Shown here piece by piece: positions 1 to 10,145 of a DNA stretch of 42,182 bases. The notes beneath the pieces are model-generated. The model saw only the letters and a list, made by a program, of their open reading frames with translations, was not told the origin of the DNA and did no database searches. Position numbers and translations under genes: made by a program. The DNA is taken from the IMG/VR virus record IMGVR_UViG_3300028602_000033, positions 1-42,182 of that record; one strand, written 5' to 3'. Origin of the DNA: a virus. The stretch's first letter is position 1; every line of letters begins with the position of its first letter.

Positions 1-101
1 ATTACATCAACTATGTTTGGATCAATTGTAGCATCCATTGTATCAATAATTTCGCCTATGTTTGTTGTGATGTAATGTGATTCACTGGTTGTCAGTGTCA
101 T
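1..101 (-). CDS. Partial hypothetical protein running off the left edge (MTLTTSESHYITTNIGEIIDTMDATIDPNIVDV...)
   Basis: ATG at 101 preceded by cAGTGA-tact SD-like site; frame open to the window edge; continues the tail gene block. Confidence 0.6.
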   Translation of the reverse strand, partial: MTLTTSESHYITTNIGEIIDTMDATIDPNIVDV

Positions 102-124
102 AGTATCACTGTGGTGTATGCACT

Positions 125-2038
125 TTAAAATGAATGATTCAACGTTTCAACGTTTGCAGTAGCAGGGAAATTATTTGCGCCGGTCAAGGAGAATTTCGTA
201 CCTGTCATCCCTTTTGCTACATTTCCAATTAGAACATTATAATTACTGGTCCCGGCGGTCTTTATCGCAGAACCGCCATACCCATTCATGTCATTGACAA
301 AATTATTTTCCAGTAGCGCGTTCGATATATCTGTGATCAGGATGCCTGTATATGTTGAATTTGCCGTGTTCGGATTGACAATCGTATTTCCAGAAATTGT
401 TACTGTGTCCGGTGTCTGCGTGGATGCAACGTGGGTATTATCTCCGGTGGATACTGTGTTATTTGTAGCATTGATGGTGATTGCATCGTATTTTGTACCG
501 TTGATGTAATTATCCTGAATTATAATATCACTCCCGTCACCGTTCAGGATAAGTGCAATTGCATTGCTATTCACGGCTTTAAACTGGTTTTTCTGAATAA
601 TCAAAGATTTGAACGCCTCTGACCTGTACGCATCGTCTATAAATGATATTCCGTAATTGCAACCGTTTACCGTGTTCCCAATAAACACCAGATTCTCATC
701 ATTTGCAAAATATCCAGCTCTGTAAAAATAGGCAGCATTACCACCCTCCATATAATTATTCTTGATAACGTGCATACCACCATCCACTGACCCCCTACGC
801 TCGATTGCAGCGGCATAATGAGATACGAAACCGCCTGAGATAGTATTGTCGCAGAACACTGAATTATATGAGCCATCCCAGAAACCACCATGCGCGCCTT
901 CTGGAATTATTATATTGTTGTTTTCCACACGGATATCTATTACCTGATTGTGAGTGTCCACCGCGAAAGAAGAGTCATTCGTTGGGGACGGGATCATGGT
1001 ATTGTGATGGATGTTAATGCCCCTGAGTAACGAATTCCGCTCATCAGTATTGCAGGTAATACAGTGCCTACTGTTTTCAAGATGATTTGAGAACACTTCG
1101 GCATGTGCTATACCAGACCACAAACCAATACCGTACCCACTCCCCGGCAGTATATTATTATATACTTTATTATTATACAACTTCACATTATACGAAGAGT
1201 AAAACGAAATTCCAGCCAGCCCCGAATCCTTTACCCAACAGTCAGAAACAGAACTGTTTATGCAGTATCTCAGGGAAATGCCCTCATGGATCTCGGCTGA
1301 ATCATAATCTTGGATTTTTATATTTTCGATGTGTACTTCAATAGGGCGATAAACATTTATCTTTACGGTGTCAGAAGAATTATACTCTCTGATCAAGTTC
1401 TCTGTCAGGGCGACATCGTTCCCGCTAACACTTTTAACGCAATACATTTCACCGGTGTACTGGTCTGGATAGTCAGCCGGACACCACTGAACCGCTTTCC
1501 ATATTTTTATTATGTCACCGGGGTGTATAAGTGCCCCACTCGATACGGTTATTACACTCGCACCTTTTGCTGCGGTGCTTACCGTGAGATTTGTTGCGAT
1601 TATTCGCCCCTCTAGGTATATTCCATTCGCTGATCCAGGTGCTACCTGTTTTGTAATCGTAACGTCCCCGATTCCGATTATATTGAGGGACTTGTACTGC
1701 TGAAATATTCTAGCCGCGATATAATAATGCCCTGGTAGCACATAGATCGTCGTGCCGCTCACTGCGGCAGCAAGAGCCTGATTAAACTGCACCTCGTCCC
1801 GGTCACCGTCGCAAATGTAATCTGCTCCGCTTCCGGTTCTCCCGATATAAATTCCAGGCTTGAACACGCTTCCTGAAGCCGTAGGAGTCGTCCATGCTCC
1901 GTTTCCATTCAAGTAGACAGATGCCGATCCTGGCAACACTATGTCAGTAATATCTGAAAGAGTGTGATCGTGATTAGTTACTGCGGCTAATCTAGTTGAG
2001 ATCTGCTCGCCCGTATATGGTAAAGTATAAGTTGTCAT
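125..2038 (-). CDS. Tail spike/receptor-binding protein with right-handed parallel beta-helix (pectate-lyase-like, PbH1), putative glycan depolymerase
   Basis: 637 aa; repeated Asn/Gly-rich beta-helix rungs (NVKLYNNKVYNN, IGNTVNGCNYGI, LENNFVND); N-terminal GSGADYICDGDRDEVQFNQAL motif; last in the fibre cluster. Confidence 0.75.
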   Translation of the reverse strand: MTTYTLPYTGEQISTRLAAVTNHDHTLSDITDIVLPGSASVYLNGNGAWTTPTASGSVFKPGIYIGRTGSGADYICDGDRDEVQFNQALAAAVSGTTIYVLPGHYYIAARIFQQYKSLNIIGIGDVTITKQVAPGSANGIYLEGRIIATNLTVSTAAKGASVITVSSGALIHPGDIIKIWKAVQWCPADYPDQYTGEMYCVKSVSGNDVALTENLIREYNSSDTVKINVYRPIEVHIENIKIQDYDSAEIHEGISLRYCINSSVSDCWVKDSGLAGISFYSSYNVKLYNNKVYNNILPGSGYGIGLWSGIAHAEVFSNHLENSRHCITCNTDERNSLLRGINIHHNTMIPSPTNDSSFAVDTHNQVIDIRVENNNIIIPEGAHGGFWDGSYNSVFCDNTISGGFVSHYAAAIERRGSVDGGMHVIKNNYMEGGNAAYFYRAGYFANDENLVFIGNTVNGCNYGISFIDDAYRSEAFKSLIIQKNQFKAVNSNAIALILNGDGSDIIIQDNYINGTKYDAITINATNNTVSTGDNTHVASTQTPDTVTISGNTIVNPNTANSTYTGILITDISNALLENNFVNDMNGYGGSAIKTAGTSNYNVLIGNVAKGMTGTKFSLTGANNFPATANVETLNHSF

Positions 2039-2047
2039 AATACCTCA

Positions 2048-3703
2048 TTAAAACTTTATAAGATGTGATGTGTTTTCAATATATTTATATTTAGACAATG
2101 TATAATAATTAGAAACCTGTACATCTGAAAAAGCAGTACTGTGTAAAGTTATTTCTCCATACTCACCGTTAAAGAATCTTTCATATATACCATTAGTTAC
2201 AGAACAACCAATATTAATATTATTCGAACTACTAAAATTAGTTATACCAGTAAGTGCAAACGTTCTAACATACACGCCATCTTTATAAATTAATAAATTA
2301 GCATCGTTTCTAACAATTGTAACCAGATGCCATTGTCCATCGTTTATTGTAGTAGGACTATATGATCCGCCTAATGTAATATTAGAGTCAGCATCTTGTA
2401 CATATAAGCTAACTTCATTAGCAACAATTCTGAAATACCATCTATTAGCAGTTGCTCCGGTTGCATCACTAAGTAATACTACCCACGTAGAAGGATAATT
2501 TCCAATCTGTCTAAGCCAACAATGTAATGTAAATGTATCAGAATTAAATAAATTCAAATCTGTAGCATTGGTTAACACGCCACGAGAATTAATACCATCG
2601 AATAATGTACTATTATTAGATCCATTAAATCTATCAACAGTTTTTAAAGTATTATATGTAGTTAATGTGTGTTGATCTGTAATATCTCTAGTCATATCTG
2701 GAATATTTAACGTGCAGTTATATAGTATATTATAATAATTACTTTTTAATGGTGATTTATAAACAGTATTTATGTTTAAGCTAGTGGTTGCGGTTAATGT
2801 ACCTAAACTAGATGCAGGAATTTGAATCTGATAATCTCTTAATTCTTCGCATGTATTATTTTTAACTACCACTTTATATATAGTAGATGACTCACCAGCA
2901 TCCTGTGTTACTAAGGTTTCACTACCACTTGTTTGAAGTATAACACCATCAGTTGCAACTAATTCGGCATTACCAACCATAGTTTCAGTCGTTACAACTA
3001 CAGTAGGCTCTATTTCAGCATATCTTCTAATTTTGAAATTATCCCAATATCCAGCATCTCGAAACGATCTTTGTCCAAAATATATAGAATTTTGTGCTTT
3101 GTAATCATATCGAAAAAATCCAGATTCAGCTAACAGCGTAGATGATGAATTAAGTAACTGAACTTTAACACCTGCATGAGTTTCGATAATCCTCATTTTA
3201 TACCAGGTATCAATGGATATAGGAGTTGTATAAGACCACCTGAGTGCCCAAGCACCATTTATTCTAGTCCAAAATCTAAGATATTTGCTGCTATCCCAAT
3301 ATAAAAACCAATTAGCTAATTCACTACCATCTATATAATGCGACGTGTACCCCATTCTGCAAGCTTCACTAGATGCTCCGCTAATTTGTACATCATATTC
3401 AACCATATAGTTTCTTATATATAGTGGAATTGCTGACACAAATCTTGGATATTTGTTAGCTAATAGCGAAACTACGTGAGCATATCCGCCAGCAGTTTCT
3501 TCTATTACACCAATACCATCTGTAAACCATTTGTTTGGATCGATGGTTTGATCATTAAAATTATCAATAAAATCAAAAACAGCTAAATCGTTTGGTGAAT
3601 ACCCACTTACTTTTTGTACAGTATATATATTAGTTCCAAATGGTGCAATGTTATCCTTTATCCATAATGTTGTAGTGTTTTCAATATAGTATGGAAGAGG
3701 CAT
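2048..3703 (-). CDS. Tail-associated adhesin with DUF2341-like segments and C-terminal LamG/concanavalin-A-like domain
   Basis: LPYYIE..LWIK and VF.F.DNF motifs; C-terminal FTLHCW...DGQWHLVTIVR...IYKDG...IG...FFNG pattern typical of LamG. Confidence 0.65.
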   Translation of the reverse strand: MPLPYYIENTTTLWIKDNIAPFGTNIYTVQKVSGYSPNDLAVFDFIDNFNDQTIDPNKWFTDGIGVIEETAGGYAHVVSLLANKYPRFVSAIPLYIRNYMVEYDVQISGASSEACRMGYTSHYIDGSELANWFLYWDSSKYLRFWTRINGAWALRWSYTTPISIDTWYKMRIIETHAGVKVQLLNSSSTLLAESGFFRYDYKAQNSIYFGQRSFRDAGYWDNFKIRRYAEIEPTVVVTTETMVGNAELVATDGVILQTSGSETLVTQDAGESSTIYKVVVKNNTCEELRDYQIQIPASSLGTLTATTSLNINTVYKSPLKSNYYNILYNCTLNIPDMTRDITDQHTLTTYNTLKTVDRFNGSNNSTLFDGINSRGVLTNATDLNLFNSDTFTLHCWLRQIGNYPSTWVVLLSDATGATANRWYFRIVANEVSLYVQDADSNITLGGSYSPTTINDGQWHLVTIVRNDANLLIYKDGVYVRTFALTGITNFSSSNNINIGCSVTNGIYERFFNGEYGEITLHSTAFSDVQVSNYYTLSKYKYIENTSHLIKF

Positions 3704-4839
3704 TAATATAATACCTCCAAACAGACAGAAACATCTGCTGTATTTCCAGTTTGTGTGACATATGCTCTGAGTACATCTCCAGGTGCTAAAGATACTTGTG
3801 CAGCATCTAAAATGCCATTAGTAACATATACACCATTTGTAAGAGAGGTATTCGTGCCTAGGATCATAGGTGTGTCGGCTGTGAAAATTGAGTTGGTTGT
3901 AGCAGTACCATTCTTTCTAATATCTACCATAAGCGATTCGCCAGATGGTTTTGTACTAGAAATCACAGTAGCAGATAAAATTGTACCTGCTCTTGGGTTA
4001 TATATACGTAGTGAATCGCCTACTACAACTTCACCTACAAATCCACGTTCTAATACTGTAGACAAACCTGACTGATTAAGATTATTAGAATCTATAACTT
4101 CTGAAGATGCATTAATTAAAGCTACAATTTCTTCAGCTGTAAGATCTGCAGTAGCACCTTCTTCAATTCCGGTTAATTTAGCGAGCTGGTCTGGAGTAAG
4201 ACCTGATCCAGAAATATCAATATTATCAGCATCTATAGTAAATTCACTTGCATTTATAAGTGCTACAATTTCTTCAGCTGTAAGATCTGCAGTAGCACCT
4301 TCTTCAATACCATATAACTTAGACTGCTGTTCAGGTGTTAACCCAATAGCTGCTACTGTAAGTGTATTAGCATTATCATCATAAGTTAAAGTAACATTAG
4401 AACCTGCAGTCAGCATACTTGAACAGACATCCATAATTTCCTCGTCTGTCCTATAGTTATGTGAAGCTGAACTGCCATGTGTAGCATCACCATTAACAGC
4501 AGCGAGTGCCTCTGCATCTGTATACTTAGCATGGTGTGCTGATGCGTTTGAAGCATGTGTGGTTATATCAGCGTCAATTTCAGACGATATGTTGGCATAA
4601 CTTTTAGGCGATTCTCCATTAGCCAGAGTATCTGCAATTTCTGCAGAATCTACTTTACCATCTTCATCTGGATCATATGTTACAGTTTGCATATATGCAA
4701 ACATATCTGGTATCGATTCTACTGCAGCCTGTATTTCATCTAATGCTGTATGTGCATCTTCAATACCCTGCTCCATATGGTTTAATTCACTGGTGTTTAT
4801 AGTTTCACGAGTAGCCCAAGTTTTTTTATCATATGCCAT
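3703..4839 (-). CDS. Tail fibre-like protein with internal tandem repeat
   Basis: KL.GIEEGATADLTAEEIVALINAS occurs twice; YDPDEDGKVDSA motif; start placed at ATG 4839 after the GGTGA SD (ORF track starts at 4848). Confidence 0.6.
   Translation of the reverse strand: MAYDKKTWATRETINTSELNHMEQGIEDAHTALDEIQAAVESIPDMFAYMQTVTYDPDEDGKVDSAEIADTLANGESPKSYANISSEIDADITTHASNASAHHAKYTDAEALAAVNGDATHGSSASHNYRTDEEIMDVCSSMLTAGSNVTLTYDDNANTLTVAAIGLTPEQQSKLYGIEEGATADLTAEEIVALINASEFTIDADNIDISGSGLTPDQLAKLTGIEEGATADLTAEEIVALINASSEVIDSNNLNQSGLSTVLERGFVGEVVVGDSLRIYNPRAGTILSATVISSTKPSGESLMVDIRKNGTATTNSIFTADTPMILGTNTSLTNGVYVTNGILDAAQVSLAPGDVLRAYVTQTGNTADVSVCLEVLY
4121..4308. repeat. 47-nt identical direct repeat (4121-4167 and 4262-4308), period 141 nt, inside the fibre gene
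   Basis: gctacaatttcttcagctgtaagatctgcagtagcaccttcttcaat is present twice. Confidence 0.95.
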
Positions 4840-4851
4840 ATACATCACCGA

Positions 4852-6300
4852 TTAAAACATTCTATATCTGATATGGTATCCACCGCCATATGTATCTTGA
4901 CTTGAACCTGGACCAAATGTGCTGCCTGCTCGAATAATAAATACTACTCCTGCTGGTATATACATAAGCGGGCATGTCCAAACACGTATATTACTTCCAT
5001 GTGATGAGGGTGCACGCATCATTGGTGGACTGGTCAAACACGTATTCCACGTACCACCATTATTCGTAGAATATTGTAAATACCCATACTCAGTTGTAAC
5101 GTAACCTGCACCACCGTATAACATAGCTGGTCCGGTAAACGAATTCCATACAGAACCTGGATTTGATGGTGAAAAATAAGCTTGTGTAGCTATATTATTA
5201 GTAGCATCTCTCCAAGAAGCCGAACATCGTTCGACAGGTAAATAATTATGTGGAATTACACCAGATGCATTTAATGTAACTGCGCCAGCCCAAGGAGTAG
5301 TACCATTTGCTAGTTTACTACTTCTAACATTAGACACTTCTGCTGATGTAAATGCATCTGCAGCGGGTTTATTTCTCAAATTTGTGTATGAATGGTACGC
5401 TGTTATATCGTGGTCAGAATCAGTGTTAATAGCACCTATAGCTTCTGCATTTGTGTATCGAGTATGATGTGCTGAGGCATTATCTGCATGTGTTGCTATA
5501 TTTGATGCAATTTGACTTAAAATACTAGACCAAGTTTTCTGAGTAGTGCCTGACATTATAGCATACGCTTTGTCAACTACTCCGTCGTTATTAGAATCGT
5601 ACACAGCTTTAGTCATATCACCTGCGCCAAGTCCAGTTACATCGCTTAATGTGGCAAATCTATTAATAGCAGATGCTGTGGGTGACGCATCCATAGCAGC
5701 TCTCTGATTAGACGACACATGTCGGTTATCATTATTAACATGTATATTATACGCATTTATAAAATTATTAAGCGAAGTTTGCAACGATGTAATAGACGCA
5801 TCTGGTGTATCAGACCAGTTGGTCTTACCATTTATTCTATGTATCTGATATCTAAGATTTTTAAGTTCATCTAAAAGATTTGTACAATTTGTTAATAGGG
5901 CACTCGGTGTGTTACTATAAGTTAATTCTGTACCTTTAATAGATGTTTCGGGATGCATCGCAGATAATGAGGTGGTATTCTTATGTGCATCAATAGTTGC
6001 AGTTAATTCATCTTCTAAAACAACACTGTCTGCTAAATTATTAGCATCTATTTTTAAATCACTTGCATTAATAACTGGTACAACATCAACAGCTTCAATC
6101 GCACCTAATTCTGTTAAATCTATTTGGTCTAATTTAGTAAACGCTGCTTGTAAAAGAGCTAAATGCGAATCTAAATCTGCTAAAATTTGATTTAAATCAG
6201 CATCCACTTTAGCAGATTCAATTGTTGTATCTGGTATATATCCTTCGGCTGAACCTTGATTTGGTCCAATAAATGTATTTGCATTAATTGTTGTCGTCAT
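4852..6300 (-). CDS. Tail fibre protein
   Basis: 482 aa directly after the baseplate wedge genes; MTKAVYDSNNDGVVDKA and H..ADNASAHHTRYT fibre motifs; beta-rich C-terminal tip. Confidence 0.6.
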   Translation of the reverse strand: MTTTINANTFIGPNQGSAEGYIPDTTIESAKVDADLNQILADLDSHLALLQAAFTKLDQIDLTELGAIEAVDVVPVINASDLKIDANNLADSVVLEDELTATIDAHKNTTSLSAMHPETSIKGTELTYSNTPSALLTNCTNLLDELKNLRYQIHRINGKTNWSDTPDASITSLQTSLNNFINAYNIHVNNDNRHVSSNQRAAMDASPTASAINRFATLSDVTGLGAGDMTKAVYDSNNDGVVDKAYAIMSGTTQKTWSSILSQIASNIATHADNASAHHTRYTNAEAIGAINTDSDHDITAYHSYTNLRNKPAADAFTSAEVSNVRSSKLANGTTPWAGAVTLNASGVIPHNYLPVERCSASWRDATNNIATQAYFSPSNPGSVWNSFTGPAMLYGGAGYVTTEYGYLQYSTNNGGTWNTCLTSPPMMRAPSSHGSNIRVWTCPLMYIPAGVVFIIRAGSTFGPGSSQDTYGGGYHIRYRMF

Positions 6301-6306
6301 AAGTAA

Positions 6307-6780
6307 TTAACTCCATTCTGAATCTGCACTATCCCAATTAGCATCGTCCCAATAAGTACCTGAATAATAAATTCCAACATAAACTCCTGCAGATACTGAT
6401 CTATATATAATATCTTTTATATCGAGATCGTATATCTCAAATTCAGGTGGTAGCTGTACAATAATATAATTAGGTACAGTTTCACGAACAATTACTTCTG
6501 ATTCTTCTATACGTAAGTAATTAGATAGCAATTGACGAATAGCAGTTTTTGTACCTGCTATAGTGTTAATGTTAATAGTGTTAATCAATCCATTTCTATA
6601 TGATTCATCAGTCTCGTTAATTGATCGTTCGAAATCTAATAATACACCGATATTATCTAACGACATTCCTCTAGCTGTATACACATGTATAGCTTTTTTA
6701 ACATCTGTAATAGCTGTATACAGTTCATCTAGTTCTGGAGTTATAATGTTTAAAACTTTTTGATAATTAGTACCGGTCAT
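6307..6780 (-). CDS. Baseplate wedge subunit (P2 gpI/Mu gp48-like)
   Basis: G.SLDNIG.L....R...ETDESYR..L and GTK.AI motifs; position after baseplate J. Confidence 0.7.
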   Translation of the reverse strand: MTGTNYQKVLNIITPELDELYTAITDVKKAIHVYTARGMSLDNIGVLLDFERSINETDESYRNGLINTININTIAGTKTAIRQLLSNYLRIEESEVIVRETVPNYIIVQLPPEFEIYDLDIKDIIYRSVSAGVYVGIYYSGTYWDDANWDSADSEWS

Positions 6781-7653
6781 TTATAATCTCCTGAAAATTC
6801 TAGGGAACATATTCTGCATTTCGTGTTGAAAATCTAATCTATAATTAGCTATAATAGAAGTTACAGTGGGTCCAACTTCACCAAGATTAATTAATTCTCC
6901 ATCACTTGTACAAAAATCAGCATTTGTAACTGTTCGTAAATAAACTGGATCTACTTCTAAATCTATTTTAAATTGAAAATATCTATTCTTATGACCAGAA
7001 TATACAAAATACCTTGAAATATATTTAATAATAGTGACAACATTATTATCAGGTAGTGGATTCTTTAGAACTATAACATTATTAACTGTAGCAGCATCTT
7101 GTGCGTATATTGTTAAAGCTTCACCATCATTATCAGTTTTAGCAAAATCTACAACAGCATCGTCAACTACACCAGACCACAGCGACGAGTACCTCTCATC
7201 TTCAGGGTCAACGTTATCAAGTGTACTCAAATAGATGTCTCTTAAATTTGTAGCAAGCGTATGGAATGCATAATCAGTACCGTAGTAAATATTTGTTAAC
7301 GATTTTATATCGTAATCTGCAACAATTCTTGACGTTGTTAAAGATAGAGTATACTCTATTCGTTGTTCAGGCTCATTAATAAGCTTCCAATCAGTCCATG
7401 TATCTTCTGTGTATTCTTCATACCAACCTGAACGAATATATAAGAGGGCACTGCTCCCTGTAGGAATGTTGATTATTGGTATAATTTCACCATAATCGTG
7501 TATACGAGAAGTCGAATCTCGTATATCTGATAGTATAGATCCTGTAATTGCATTGTCAAGCATTACAGTGTTATTGATAATTTTACAACCAGTTAGTGTG
7601 CAATAATCCCAATCGTTTTTACAATCCCAAACGTGAGTAGCTGCCAAGATCAT
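6781..7653 (-). CDS. Baseplate/tail-associated structural protein
   Basis: 290 aa, coupled to the J-like and wedge genes; YFQFKIDL motif; no clear family. Confidence 0.5.
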   Translation of the reverse strand: MILAATHVWDCKNDWDYCTLTGCKIINNTVMLDNAITGSILSDIRDSTSRIHDYGEIIPIINIPTGSSALLYIRSGWYEEYTEDTWTDWKLINEPEQRIEYTLSLTTSRIVADYDIKSLTNIYYGTDYAFHTLATNLRDIYLSTLDNVDPEDERYSSLWSGVVDDAVVDFAKTDNDGEALTIYAQDAATVNNVIVLKNPLPDNNVVTIIKYISRYFVYSGHKNRYFQFKIDLEVDPVYLRTVTNADFCTSDGELINLGEVGPTVTSIIANYRLDFQHEMQNMFPRIFRRL

Positions 7654-9251
7654 CCCACCGCACGCTGTAATACAATGTTGCGAGCAACGAGTACCTCCAT
7701 ATTACCACCCTGGATATATGAACTTAAAATGTTCATATCAATATCATTCATTTTCCAGTTAGTTATCTGGGCATCCACGATATCGTTATGAGAGCCTATT
7801 GCAAGCTGTAATATTTTATTTTTATAAATTTTATCCTGCAAAGTTAGATCGTTAATATAATCAGTAATATAATCCTGAACTTCTATGAGAATAACTTCTT
7901 TCTCAGAATCACTTAATGGACTGCTTGAATCGAAGTACACAGTCATTGCAATATCTATAGCTGCATTATTCGGTCTATAAAACCATGAGAACGGCGCTGA
8001 AGGACTACCATATGCAGATGAGTCATCTGTATCATACCCTACTGCTTGAATACCTGCAGCTCGTGTAGATTCTATTGCATAAACTATAGTATCTTCTGTA
8101 AGTTCATTACCAGTTTCCCCGCCTTCAACGTAGATTTTAATTTTACCAGGCACTGTATATAAATAAGTTACAACAAGCGTTTCAGCCACGTTTGTTTCAA
8201 CTGTTACTGTAACTTCCCCAGACTGTGCATCAAAGCTATCTATAGTATAAATTCCATTGATAGATCCAATTATACTGGATATATTATATATTGGTGCATA
8301 TGGAATATAGAACGATAATGTACCGTTACCACTTATCTCAGCCACTGCATTTACACGTAGAGGATCTTCTATAATAACGTTCTTTACACCAGTAACATTA
8401 CCTATATAATATTTTAAAGCGTTAGTAGTAGCTTTACCTATAGATTGAGTTGCACCAATAATTTTATTTCTAAAATGTGAATCTGATTCTACATCTGACC
8501 CCGAATCAATACCATTTTCATTTGAAATATATGTGACAAAATCAATAGGTGTATCCAATACAGTTATTGTGTTAGCAGCGACATTAGAATCTGCGCCAGG
8601 TTCAAGTGCTATGACAGGCGCAGTTATACTGAGTGGTTTATAACTGATATATAAAATTGTACCTGCATCGATTTGTTCAGTAAATGTAACTGTACGTCCA
8701 CTAAATGTAGCACTATTAAGATAATTTGTGTTGTTATTATCATACAATGCTTGTATAGAGTGAATAACATTAACTGCATCAAACGAGTATATAGGATCAT
8801 CCACTACGTGTTCTTCTGCAGTTATAGCTGGCTGAAAATACACTGAATTGCTTGTAATATATTCTTTAGGTCTAATCTCTGATGTAGCTATCTTAGTACC
8901 CTTTGGCACTATTCTTGGATTTGAAGATGTTAAAGCAGTGGTTCTAAAAAAAGTTACCTCACCTGTAGCATATGTACTCGGTGTACGAATAGCTCCAACT
9001 AATTGACCAAGATTGTCTAATGCATATCCTGTAGCAGTATTTAAAAAAGCTGAATTATAAGTGGCTTCTAACTGTGACCATAATCCTACTATTTCTATTG
9101 CAAATAAATCTATTAATATTTTTACTGGAGATCCTGGTGTTAAATCCAGGTCTGATCCAAACATACGTTTAGCGTTATTATGTGAACTATCTATAACAAC
9201 TGAATAAGGTTTCTTTTTAAAACCTGTATCTGTAACACCATATCTTGCCAT
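7650..9251 (-). CDS. Baseplate J-like protein (Mu gp47 family)
   Basis: ATGYALDNLGQLVG..R, A.G.VTF, A..PGADSNV.ANTIT, G.D.ESD..FR motifs. Confidence 0.9.
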   Translation of the reverse strand: MARYGVTDTGFKKKPYSVVIDSSHNNAKRMFGSDLDLTPGSPVKILIDLFAIEIVGLWSQLEATYNSAFLNTATGYALDNLGQLVGAIRTPSTYATGEVTFFRTTALTSSNPRIVPKGTKIATSEIRPKEYITSNSVYFQPAITAEEHVVDDPIYSFDAVNVIHSIQALYDNNNTNYLNSATFSGRTVTFTEQIDAGTILYISYKPLSITAPVIALEPGADSNVAANTITVLDTPIDFVTYISNENGIDSGSDVESDSHFRNKIIGATQSIGKATTNALKYYIGNVTGVKNVIIEDPLRVNAVAEISGNGTLSFYIPYAPIYNISSIIGSINGIYTIDSFDAQSGEVTVTVETNVAETLVVTYLYTVPGKIKIYVEGGETGNELTEDTIVYAIESTRAAGIQAVGYDTDDSSAYGSPSAPFSWFYRPNNAAIDIAMTVYFDSSSPLSDSEKEVILIEVQDYITDYINDLTLQDKIYKNKILQLAIGSHNDIVDAQITNWKMNDIDMNILSSYIQGGNMEVLVARNIVLQRAVG

Positions 9252-9255
9252 AAAA

Positions 9256-9624
9256 TCACCACGATAAAGAATCTCTAAAATCTAAAATAGCTCCACTATA
9301 CGATGTTACCTGCATACTAATGTTTAACGTTCTATTGATTCGTTCAAGTGTTATTTGATCAATTGATTTTATTCTAGGATCTCGTATAATAGCGTTACTA
9401 ATTGCGTGTTTAATATTATCGTCAGATATATTTTTATCTAATAGTTGTGGTATATCAATACCAAAAGTAGGAAATGTACGAATTTCACCAAGCATTACTT
9501 TTAATATAAGTTTAATAGCTTGAACAACATTATCTTCACCTGATACAAGTGCTAATGTATTTCTATTAGGATCAAATGTAAAATCAAACATATCATTTAA
9601 TAATATAGTTTTACCGTATGTCAA
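9256..9624 (-). CDS. Baseplate sheath initiator (gp25/W-like)
   Basis: L.SGEDNV.QAI..IL....GE....P.FG; I..DPRI..I motif; position before J. Confidence 0.8.
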   Translation of the reverse strand: MTYGKTILLNDMFDFTFDPNRNTLALVSGEDNVVQAIKLILKVMLGEIRTFPTFGIDIPQLLDKNISDDNIKHAISNAIIRDPRIKSIDQITLERINRTLNISMQVTSYSGAILDFRDSLSW

Positions 9625-10140
9625 TTAATCATCTCCGGTTTCATCTTCAGATAGATCTTCGCCATTGGCTGAAATGAACGGTCCTGTCATAGTTATACCG
9701 GAATCACTGATAATTAGTGTAGAAGTCCCGTTAGTAATTGTAATTTCATTGTTATTTAATGTTATCTTACAATCACCATCTACAAGTCCTACTGTATTTA
9801 AATCCATAGGTATTGATAACGGTTGTGTTAAGGCTGCTCCTAAAACAATAGGTTGCCCTAAATTAAATTGTTTAAATCCTACGATAACAGTAGAATTTAT
9901 TTTAAAATTTGGATAAATGATAGACGATTCAGATGAACATGGTAACATAATTTTGCAATTTTCAAACGACGCGTCGTTCAAATCTGGTATTCTAACGGTC
10001 AATAATCCATTGTCAAGGTCTATACCTTCAACTATACCGTCATAAATAGAAAAGAAATCCCTATTAAACACTCGTCTAATACGAGATTCAATTAGGGCTA
10101 CCCCTTTAGTATACATAGTTTCTTTAGATCTTTTTTCCAT
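9625..10140 (-). CDS. Baseplate central spike (gpV/gp45-like)
   Basis: N-terminal OB-fold-like G.V...D...G...V and P....V.VGF, followed by beta-helix-like repeats; position. Confidence 0.7.
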   Translation of the reverse strand: MEKRSKETMYTKGVALIESRIRRVFNRDFFSIYDGIVEGIDLDNGLLTVRIPDLNDASFENCKIMLPCSSESSIIYPNFKINSTVIVGFKQFNLGQPIVLGAALTQPLSIPMDLNTVGLVDGDCKITLNNNEITITNGTSTLIISDSGITMTGPFISANGEDLSEDETGDD

Positions 10141-10145
10141 ATATA

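Noticed and set aside
5897-5909. 13-nt match agggcactcggtg to 28872-28884
   Set aside because: It lies inside a coding region, and 13-nt matches are expected by chance in 42 kb.
125-6300. Diversity-generating retroelement targeting the fibre or adhesin genes
   Set aside because: No reverse transcriptase and no template/variable repeat pair differing at adenines was seen; the only repeat is an in-frame tandem duplication.
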